Source of the DNA: a virus
Reading direction: 5' to 3' (one strand)
DNA: 29,470 bases
Virus record (IMG/VR): IMGVR_UViG_3300007818_000003
Location: 1 to 29,470 of that record
This document shows positions 1 to 5,369 of this stretch, piece by piece; position 1 is the stretch's first letter, and every line of letters begins with the position of its first letter. Both the position numbers and the translations under genes were made by a program. Below the pieces are notes generated by a model, which saw only the letters and a list, made by a program, of their open reading frames with translations, made no database searches and was not told the origin of the DNA.

Positions 1-73
1 CCCTATAATTAAGATTTAGCAAGATTTAGCAAGATTTAGCAAGATTTAGCAAGATTTAGCAAGATTTAGCAAG
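1..73. repeat. Window-end redundancy: nt 1-73 are identical to nt 29398-29470 (closure overlap of a circular assembly)
   Basis: Direct comparison: ccctataatt plus 6.3 copies of aagatttagc at both ends. The overlap ends inside a tandem repeat. Confidence 0.95.
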
Positions 74-83
74 ATTTAGCAAG
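11..83. repeat. Perfect tandem array of the 10-bp unit AAGATTTAGC (7.3 copies) between cos and terS
   Basis: Seven identical consecutive 10-mers at 11-80 plus aag. The period matches one helical turn. The array lies about 45 nt from the cos core. Confidence 0.95.
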
Positions 84-126
84 CCAAAACTTTTCTTTTT
101 GATTTTTTGGGGGGTTCGCAGCCGGG

Positions 127-137
127 AGTCCTTTGTG
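127..137 (-). other. cos: cos core (936-group cohesive-end sequence CACAAAGGACT read on the minus strand)
   Basis: Plus strand reads agtcctttgtg, the reverse complement of the 11-nt overhang I recall as published for 936-type phages. It is flanked by the short inverted repeat cagc/gctg and by G6/G7 runs (111-116, 169-175). Confidence 0.6.
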
Positions 138-210
138 CTGAAAACTTCCCTTAACATAGCGATTAATGGGGGGGTGTATATAGAAAAATATTTTTATTTT
201 CTTTTCACAA

Positions 211-297
211 TCACTTTAACTTAATAGCCAACAACAATAACAGCAATGCTATACGTGGACTGATGAACAACATAATAATAAATAATAATATAATCAT
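211..297 (-). CDS. Possible 28-aa hydrophobic peptide (MIILLFIIMLFISPRIALLLLLLAIKLK)
   Basis: ATG at 297 is preceded by aaagggagaag (SD-like, 5-nt spacer). Stop tga at 211-213. Very short and AT-rich, so it may be chance. Confidence 0.25.
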   Translation of the reverse strand: MIILLFIIMLFISPRIALLLLLLAIKLK

Positions 298-316
298 TCG
301 CTTCTCCCTTTATCTT

Positions 317-348
317 ATCGAACCCACGTTTACTATTAGACTATACAC
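317..348 (-). pseudogene. tRNA remnant: D-arm-like and T-arm segments of a tRNA-Trp-like copy with the anticodon arm missing
   Basis: Minus strand tatagtctaatagtaaacgtgggttcgat matches tRNA-Trp catagtataatggtaa...aaacgtgggttcgat, with the anticodon stem-loop absent between two gtaa motifs. No acceptor stem pairing. Confidence 0.45.
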
Positions 349-354
349 CACTCA

Positions 355-426
355 TCAGGATAGCTGGACTCGAACCAACACTACATGTTCCCAAAACACG
401 CATGCTACCATTAACACTATATCCTG
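355..426 (-). tRNA. trnP: tRNA-Pro (anticodon UGG), 72 nt, no encoded CCA
   Basis: Hand-folded cloverleaf: acceptor CAGGATA/TATCCTG, D stem GTGT/GCAT, anticodon stem CGTGT/ACATG with loop TTTGGGA, T arm GTTGG-TTCGAGT-CCAGC, discriminator A. The C1-G72 pair is typical of bacterial tRNA-Pro. Confidence 0.85.
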
Positions 427-480
427 TTACTATATGCCATAAGAACTATAACTTATAACATATAATAAAATAAAGGAGAA

Positions 481-551
481 CACGAACAGCAGGAATCGAA
501 CCCACGTTTACAGATTTGGAATCTGTAGCATTACCATTATACTATGCTCGC
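481..551 (-). tRNA. trnW: tRNA-Trp (anticodon CCA), 71 nt, no encoded CCA
   Basis: Hand-folded cloverleaf: acceptor GCGAGCA/TGTTCGT (two G-U pairs), D stem GTAT/ATGC, anticodon stem ACAGA/TCTGT with loop TTCCAAA, T arm GTGGG-TTCGATT-CCTGC, discriminator G. Confidence 0.8.
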
Positions 552-767
552 AATATGCAAAGGGCTGTTAGTTTATTTACTCATTTAACTAAGGCATTCC
601 CGTCACCTTGCACCCTCTGCTTGGCTGTTAACTCTATAACATTTAAGCACCGTCAATCAGTACACCTACTTTAAGCTCCTTATATCGTCAAGGGTAACGG
701 ATAGTTTTCTTTTGCGGTATACACTAACAACCCATTTCCATATAGGCGAACTACTCAAAGTTCCTTT

Positions 768-935
768 TCAATTTAACGTATTTAATATTCCAGCTACTAC
801 CAATAAGATAGACGTAAATACACTTAGCATAATAGCTAGATAGTCATGGCGATAATACCACTCTTTAAAGTTGGTAACCGAACCTACACCATATAAAATG
901 CCTAGAATAATCAAGGCAATATTAATTACAATCAT
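768..935 (-). CDS. 55-aa small membrane protein with two predicted TM segments (MIVINIALIILGILYGVGSVTNFKEWYYRHDYLAIMLSVFTSILLVVAGILNTLN)
   Basis: Below the ORF-track cutoff. Its ATG overlaps the stop of the upstream resolvase gene (ATGA at 932-935), which implies translational coupling. Two hydrophobic stretches. Confidence 0.6.
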   Translation of the reverse strand: MIVINIALIILGILYGVGSVTNFKEWYYRHDYLAIMLSVFTSILLVVAGILNTLN

Positions 936-1414
936 TTATTCTCCTGACTTTCTACATAGAGTAAGATACAAAACGCGTCTGCCATGTCATCATTGATATC
1001 ATTATCAGGTACTATGTTATAGCTCTTGAGTATCTCAATGCTTTGCTCTTTTCTTGCTTTGCTTTTACCTTTGATTAAGTGATAACCACACCACATTGAA
1101 TTGCTTATATCAACATAGCCAATATTATGACGATTACGCATAATTCCTAAGAATGAACCGTTAGCTCTAATCAATGAGATGTTTCCCTTAGACTTGAACG
1201 TGATGATAGGTTCTTCGATATAAATAAAATAATCAAATAAGTTATAATGCTCAATGACTTCTGTTATACCGTCAGCAATTAGTTTTGCACGTTCCAAAGG
1301 ATCTTTACTTTTGCCACCTGCTATTGAACCAACTACATACTCATTTGTCAAAGGATTGCGAAACGCATAACCAGTATTAGAAGTGCTAAAGTCAATCGCT
1401 AAGGCTTTGCTCAT
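932..1414 (-). CDS. RuvC-like Holliday-junction resolvase / structure-specific endonuclease (936-group middle gene)
   Basis: The N-terminal ALAIDFSTSNTGYAF carries the RuvC-type catalytic Asp motif; a C-terminal DDMADAF acidic motif follows. Size and position before cos match the middle-operon endonuclease of bIL66/bIL170/sk1. Confidence 0.8.
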   Translation of the reverse strand: MSKALAIDFSTSNTGYAFRNPLTNEYVVGSIAGGKSKDPLERAKLIADGITEVIEHYNLFDYFIYIEEPIITFKSKGNISLIRANGSFLGIMRNRHNIGYVDISNSMWCGYHLIKGKSKARKEQSIEILKSYNIVPDNDINDDMADAFCILLYVESQENK

Positions 1415-1542
1415 AAATCAGAACTCAATTCAATATAAAGCTCTTTAGTAATTTCTCCAATATCAAATAAGTGTTTAACATAATGTTCATATTCAATCGG
1501 AGTCAATACTTCTTTTTGTGCTAAAATATGTTCTTTATTCAT
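1411..1542 (-). CDS. 43-aa hypothetical protein (MNKEHILAQKEVLTPIEYEHYVKHLFDIGEITKELYIELSSDL)
   Basis: SD aaaggaga lies 5-6 nt upstream. Its stop overlaps the resolvase ATG (ATGA). Fills the gap between two track ORFs. Confidence 0.6.
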   Translation of the reverse strand: MNKEHILAQKEVLTPIEYEHYVKHLFDIGEITKELYIELSSDL

Positions 1543-1546
1543 TTCT

Positions 1547-1774
1547 TTATTCTCCTTTAAAAATTAAAGCTGTATCAAGATTAATCAAACCACATTCAAC
1601 AGCATTAAGTAAGAACTCGTTAAAGTCAACAATTGACATTGTTTCTTGCTTAAATAATAGCTGTGCTTCTGTCATTTGCTTTCCTCTCTCAACTTGATAT
1701 CTTATTATAGCATACGCACTTTTTGGAGTAGTGTTATCCTCTCTTATGTAAACTATGCTTGATTTTATAGGCAT
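1547..1774 (-). CDS. 75-aa hypothetical protein, first gene of the middle operon
   Basis: Track ORF with non-repetitive composition. Lies just downstream of a TTGCAA-17-TATAAC promoter on the same strand. Weak SD (aaagag). Confidence 0.6.
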   Translation of the reverse strand: MPIKSSIVYIREDNTTPKSAYAIIRYQVERGKQMTEAQLLFKQETMSIVDFNEFLLNAVECGLINLDTALIFKGE

Positions 1775-1787
1775 TTTATGTTATACT
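1759..1787 (+). promoter_or_regulatory. Early promoter TTGATT-17-(TGt)TATACT
   Basis: -35 at 1759-1764, 17-nt spacer, extended -10 at 1779-1787. Fires toward the SD aggagg (1794-1799) and the ATG at 1812. Confidence 0.5.
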
Positions 1788-1802
1788 CTTTATAGGAGGT
1801 AA

Positions 1803-1831
1803 GTTATATATATGAAAGATAAATATTGCAA
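1803..1831 (-). promoter_or_regulatory. Divergent promoter TTGCAA-17-TATAAC for the minus-strand middle operon
   Basis: -35 at 1831-1826, 17-nt spacer, -10 at 1808-1803 (minus-strand reading). Lies inside the 5' end of the plus-strand ORF 1812-1979. Confidence 0.45.
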
Positions 1832-1979
1832 AATATGTTGTTATAAAATTGATTCTAGCTCATTTTTTATAGTTAATGAAAAAGATACAAAACAAACTTA
1901 TCACGTAGCTTGTTATACTGAAAAATACAATATACAATTTATTAAGGATAAACAAATAAAAAGGAGAAAAATTGGCTAG
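1812..1979 (+). CDS. 55-aa Cys-containing small protein (MKDKYCKICCYKIDSS...HVACYTEKY...)
   Basis: Strong SD aggagg 12 nt upstream. CxxC plus a downstream H..C suggests a zinc-ribbon-like fold. Below the track cutoff. Confidence 0.55.
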   Translation: MKDKYCKICCYKIDSSSFFIVNEKDTKQTYHVACYTEKYNIQFIKDKQIKRRKIG

Positions 1980-2160
1980 AGATAAATATCTGATGTACTT
2001 ACGACAGCAAGAATACAAAAAGCGTATTAAAATTAAAGTAGATAACACAAGAGCTAGAATGAACAGAGAGTATATGAATCAGCCAGCAATAGATAAGGAA
2101 ACATTAGAACTATGGAACAATCAGCCAGCAATACATTTTGATTTAGGGAAAAATAAATAA
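1972..2160 (+). CDS. 62-aa basic hypothetical protein (TTG start)
   Basis: SD aaggag 5 nt before TTG 1972. Followed by an intrinsic terminator at 2182-2203. Confidence 0.55.
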   Translation: MARDKYLMYLRQQEYKKRIKIKVDNTRARMNREYMNQPAIDKETLELWNNQPAIHFDLGKNK

Positions 2161-2181
2161 ATTATATTAAAAAAATAAATC

Positions 2182-2203
2182 AGCCCCTTAGGGCTTTTGT
2201 TTC
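2182..2203 (+). terminator. Rho-independent terminator (agccc-ctta-gggct plus T-rich tail)
   Basis: 5-bp GC stem with a 4-nt loop followed by ttttgttt. Confidence 0.55.
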
Positions 2204-2288
2204 ACGCTTGACCGCAATTTGACTAGAAGTGGCAGAAAGTAAGTGCATTGAGTGTCCTGTTTGTAAAGTATGGTATCAGTAAGCACAA

Positions 2289-2435
2289 TTAGCTTATTGT
2301 TTGTAAGATTTCTAAAGGAATTCCGGAGTGTTTGATAATCTCTTTATCTTGTACTGGAATTGTGAAATGTTTAACTAAATATTTTGCTAAAACAAGAATA
2401 AAGACCATTGTATAGCTATTTATGATTTGTAACAT
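2289..2435 (-). CDS. Possible 48-aa ORF with a hydrophobic N-terminus, antisense to early transcription
   Basis: ORF MLQIINSYTMVFILVLAKYLVKHF... found by hand. No convincing SD or promoter. Confidence 0.2.
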   Translation of the reverse strand: MLQIINSYTMVFILVLAKYLVKHFTIPVQDKEIIKHSGIPLEILQTIS

Positions 2436-2578
2436 ACTTTTATTATTTCAGTAAAACAATGTATAAAATGCTTGTAAATAGCGTGGTTATCAATAAAGCA
2501 AGTCTAAAAAACTTTGTGAACCTTGTGAATATTAAAAAATGGTATGATATAATAGAAGTGTAGAGAAAAGGAGAATAA

Positions 2579-2698
2579 ATGGAAGATAAAGAATTTTTGA
2601 TTAAAAAAGTAGAAATATTAGAATCAGCAATTAAACAAATGGCAGTGATTCAATATGAACTGGATAAAAAGCTAGGAGAACTAGAGGGATTAGAATAA
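2579..2698 (+). CDS. 39-aa helical small protein (MEDKEFLIKKVEILESAIKQMAVIQYELDKKLGELEGLE)
   Basis: SD aaaggaga 6 nt upstream. A promoter-like ttgtga ... tggtatgatataat lies just upstream (2523-2560). Confidence 0.55.
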   Translation: MEDKEFLIKKVEILESAIKQMAVIQYELDKKLGELEGLE

Positions 2699-2762
2699 TT
2701 TACATAACACATGATAACGCAAAGTGTAAAATGTAATGTGTTAAAATATAAGTATATAATAC

Positions 2763-2791
2763 TTGACAAGTGAAAATGTCTATGTTATTAT
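2763..2791 (+). promoter_or_regulatory. Near-consensus promoter TTGACA-17-(TGt)TATTAT firing into ORF-free sequence
   Basis: -35 at 2763-2768, exact 17-nt spacer, extended -10 at 2783-2791. No ORF longer than 12 codons for the next ~400 nt on this strand. Confidence 0.6.
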
Positions 2792-2797
2792 TATCTA

Positions 2798-3144
2798 TGT
2801 AATTGAATATATAACCCATAGGCGGTTGAGGTACGAAAGTATAGCGATGTGATAAACATCAAAACGAGCTGAGTAAGCTATGAAGTCGAGAATACCTGAT
2901 TACATAAACCCAATGTAACTCTATAAGAGATAGGTATTTAAGTTTAAGGTGTCTTAGTTTTTATACTATTTGAAAGCCGTTGTTTGACTTACTTACTGAA
3001 ATTGCAGCATTTGCTGACAGGTTGTGCTGATTAGTTTATGCCAATTCACAGCACGTAAAATTAAATGAGCGGAGTAATTACACTAAATTAGAGCTTACGA
3101 CAAAAAACAAATTAACTTTCAAGCAAGAATCTCTAGTAATTACT
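2798..3144 (+). ncRNA. Candidate non-coding transcript and/or replication-origin region
   Basis: Promoter-proximal and ORF-free. Hairpins: gatgt/acatc 2846-2860, ttacat/atgtaa 2900-2918, gtgctg/cagcac 3024-3054. Direct repeats: agtaattac at 3073 and 3135. Ends are undefined. Confidence 0.3.
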
Positions 3145-3168
3145 TGACGGGGGGAAAAAACTTAATGT

Positions 3169-3197
3169 TTGACAAATACAAAAAGAAATGATAAGAT
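3169..3197 (+). promoter_or_regulatory. Early promoter TTGACA-17-(TGa)TAAGAT with upstream box TTAATGTTTGACA
   Basis: -35 at 3169-3174, 17-nt spacer, -10 at 3192-3197. The same 13-nt box recurs at 8465-8477 and 9478-9490. Confidence 0.65.
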
Positions 3198-3224
3198 ATA
3201 AATATAATAAAGGAGAAACAAAAA

Positions 3225-3449
3225 ATGAAAAATAAATGTATTAAGTGTCAGCAAATAAGAAAAGCAAGTGGTGTAAGTTATTTAAAGTGCTGTAAATGCA
3301 AACAAAAAGCTAGTGATGAAAGAAAGAAAAATAAAAAGAATAAAAGCGAAATTGCTAAAACTAATGAGGAACTAAGAAAAATATCTAAACGATTAAATCA
3401 AGATAGTATAAACAAATTCATAAAAGAAAGAAATGGAATTAAGGCTTGA
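3225..3449 (+). CDS. 74-aa very basic CxxC...CxxC small protein
   Basis: SD aaaggaga. CIKC...CCKC motifs followed by a Lys-rich tail. Confidence 0.7.
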   Translation: MKNKCIKCQQIRKASGVSYLKCCKCKQKASDERKKNKKNKSEIAKTNEELRKISKRLNQDSINKFIKERNGIKA

Positions 3450-3467
3450 CTTTTCAAGTCTTTTTTG
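3445..3467 (+). terminator. Hairpin plus T-run (cttga-cttt-tcaag, tctttttt) overlapping the next promoter
   Basis: 5-bp stem followed by T6. Overlaps the stop codon of 3225-3449 and the -35 of the next promoter. Confidence 0.4.
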
Positions 3468-3474
3468 TTATTAT
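3446..3474 (+). promoter_or_regulatory. Early promoter TTGACT-17-(TGt)TATTAT
   Basis: -35 at 3446-3451, 17-nt spacer, -10 at 3469-3474. Confidence 0.55.
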
Positions 3475-3492
3475 ATACTAAAGGAGAAATAA

Positions 3493-4389
3493 ATGACTAA
3501 CATATTTGAAAAAGTACAGACAGCCAAGCACTTAAAAGAGCGTGAAGACTTAATAAATTTAAAAGATGACTGGCTTATTGATACTTTAATGCCAAGTTCG
3601 CAAGCTGGAATATTAGTAGCTCCGTTTAAGTCGTTTAAAAGCTCTCTAGCAATGCACATGGCTTTAATGGTATCGCAAGGACTACCTTTTTTTGGTTATG
3701 ATACAAAGCGGAGCAAGACACTATACATCGACAATGAGGACACGGACAGAGAACTAAACAAAAGGCTTAGAAATAAAGACACTGCACCAGAAGACTTGCA
3801 TTTCTTAACAGGTGGCGAGTTTATGCTTGATGATTCGCACCACATGAATTTATTGTATGAGTACATCAAAGAAAATGATATCAAGTTCGTTATTTTAGAC
3901 AACCTTATGACAATGCTAAGAAATGGAGATATTATCTACGGTAAAGACTTCGAGCCAATGCTTAGAAGAATTACACGCTTGAAGTTGCTCTTTCAAGATG
4001 TAACTTTTCTACTAGTAGCTCATGCAAACAAGTCAGCTTATGCAAACTCAATGGACGATAAAGCCTATATGGTAAAGCCTAGCGATGCCTTAGGTGGTTC
4101 TACTCTTACAGCTTGGGCGGAGTTTATGCTGATGTTAAGCCCTAAACGTGGAAAACATAACGACTTCTCTAAGCTATCAGTAAAAGCGCGTGGTTACCAG
4201 TTTGATGATGATTTAAACTTTTCTTATGTTGATTCAGTATTTACTTGTGTCAATAAATCAAAAAAAGAACCTGATAGTGAACTAGTTGAAAAAGTAAAAA
4301 GGGAAACTCCTAAAGAAGTAACGAAAGAATCGGCACAGGCTTTCTTAGACTTAGCTAAAGAGCAAGGAAAGGTAACAGAAAATGATTAA
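3493..4389 (+). CDS. RecA-fold ATPase (AAA_25/RepA-like), putative replication/recombination protein with an atypical P-loop
   Basis: GILVAPFKSFKSSLAMHMALMV aligns by eye to the G..V.PGGAGKS.LAL..A P-loop region. Walker B-like FVILDNL and LLVAHANK are present. SD aaaggaga. Confidence 0.7.
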   Translation: MTNIFEKVQTAKHLKEREDLINLKDDWLIDTLMPSSQAGILVAPFKSFKSSLAMHMALMVSQGLPFFGYDTKRSKTLYIDNEDTDRELNKRLRNKDTAPEDLHFLTGGEFMLDDSHHMNLLYEYIKENDIKFVILDNLMTMLRNGDIIYGKDFEPMLRRITRLKLLFQDVTFLLVAHANKSAYANSMDDKAYMVKPSDALGGSTLTAWAEFMLMLSPKRGKHNDFSKLSVKARGYQFDDDLNFSYVDSVFTCVNKSKKEPDSELVEKVKRETPKEVTKESAQAFLDLAKEQGKVTEND

Positions 4390-4639
4390 TTACGAAAACA
4401 AAGCTATTAATTTACACGCTGAAGTGTATGGCTGGCTATATCGTGCATTAGAAGAAATGATAAAAGCAGAATGGTACAATGACGAGCTTTTCAAAGTATG
4501 GCTTGGCCGTGCTGAATTTCTAGTCAGACAGTCAAAGAAATTGCATACAGCTTGCGAAAATGATTATTCTAAACGTGCATTGATTAGGGCTTTGCAATTA
4601 AAAGTAGAAATAAATGAAAAAATATCATCTAATAGTTGA
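4382..4639 (+). CDS. 85-aa hypothetical protein
   Basis: Track ORF overlapping the upstream stop by 8 nt. Helical composition. Confidence 0.65.
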   Translation: MINYENKAINLHAEVYGWLYRALEEMIKAEWYNDELFKVWLGRAEFLVRQSKKLHTACENDYSKRALIRALQLKVEINEKISSNS

Positions 4640-4664
4640 CAACGATAATTAATTTTGGTATAAT
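4636..4664 (+). promoter_or_regulatory. Consensus promoter TTGACA-17-(TGg)TATAAT
   Basis: -35 at 4636-4641 (overlaps the stop codon of the preceding gene), 17-nt spacer, -10 at 4659-4664. Confidence 0.7.
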
Positions 4665-4695
4665 AGTATATATAGAAATAAAGGAGAACTAACAA

Positions 4696-5085
4696 ATGGT
4701 AGTTAAATTAACGCAAGAACAAGCTGATTATCTTGGAACTTTTGGAGACTTTGAAGATGAACTAAACAAAAGAAAAGCACTTTATCACATCACTCGTTTT
4801 GGTTGGGGATATAATTTAACAGACGGAGATGATTGTGAAAGTAGAGCTTTTGAAAAATCTGATAAATTGAAAATGGTTGAAGCTGTTATTAACGGTTATG
4901 AAGTTATTTATGAACCTAAATTTAAGTTTTATAACTTTTCTGATAGAACCGGAGGTACTCCATTATATTATGCAGGTTTAACAAATGAATTAAACGGAAA
5001 TAAAAAATTTGCACTTGAAGTTAAAAAAGATAGTGAAGAATATAAAGCCTTGCTAACTGTAGGTTTCATTAGAGAAGAAATATGA
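4696..5085 (+). CDS. 129-aa hypothetical early protein
   Basis: SD aaaggaga. Track ORF with ordinary globular composition. Confidence 0.7.
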   Translation: MVVKLTQEQADYLGTFGDFEDELNKRKALYHITRFGWGYNLTDGDDCESRAFEKSDKLKMVEAVINGYEVIYEPKFKFYNFSDRTGGTPLYYAGLTNELNGNKKFALEVKKDSEEYKALLTVGFIREEI

Positions 5086-5369
5086 TAACATCTTTTGAAG
5101 AACTAGCTGAAAGGCGATTAATTACTCTCAATTATCACAAAAAAGATAGTCAACAGTACATCAACAGCTTAAATTACTTTGAATATGCTAGAATGTACTT
5201 CGAGAAAAATGGCTTTCCAGAAGATAACAGGCGAGTTTACCAAAGTGGCAAGCGAAAAGGTCAAAAGGTTGGCTGGTCTGATAAAGAGGAAAAGCAGCAA
5301 AAAGACGATATTAGAAATTTCATATATGGAAAGCAACTACAAAAGTTTAAAAGCAAGAGAAAAAGCTAG
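5082..5369 (+). CDS. 95-aa hypothetical protein (possibly the N-terminal part of a longer frameshifted gene)
   Basis: ATGA overlap with the upstream stop. Ends just after an A5 run (5360-5364), where the +1 frame stays open to 5592. Confidence 0.6.
   Translation: MITSFEELAERRLITLNYHKKDSQQYINSLNYFEYARMYFEKNGFPEDNRRVYQSGKRKGQKVGWSDKEEKQQKDDIRNFIYGKQLQKFKSKRKS

Noticed and set aside
1-73. End duplication as a genuine direct terminal repeat
   Set aside because: An internal 936-type cos core at 127-137 and the HNH-terminase module argue for cohesive ends. The overlap stops mid-repeat, which is typical of an assembly closure artefact.
11-83. 10-bp tandem array as a CRISPR array or as a ToxI/antiQ-like antitoxin RNA decoy
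   Set aside because: There are no spacers between the repeats. The 10-nt unit is far shorter than CRISPR repeats or the ~35-nt type III antitoxin repeats. Its position beside cos favours a packaging or architectural role.
555-674. Plus-strand 39-codon ORF (MQRAVSLFTH...) in the spacer next to tRNA-Trp
   Set aside because: It has no SD, overlaps the tRNA 5' flank, and is antisense to the direction of all transcription signals in this region.
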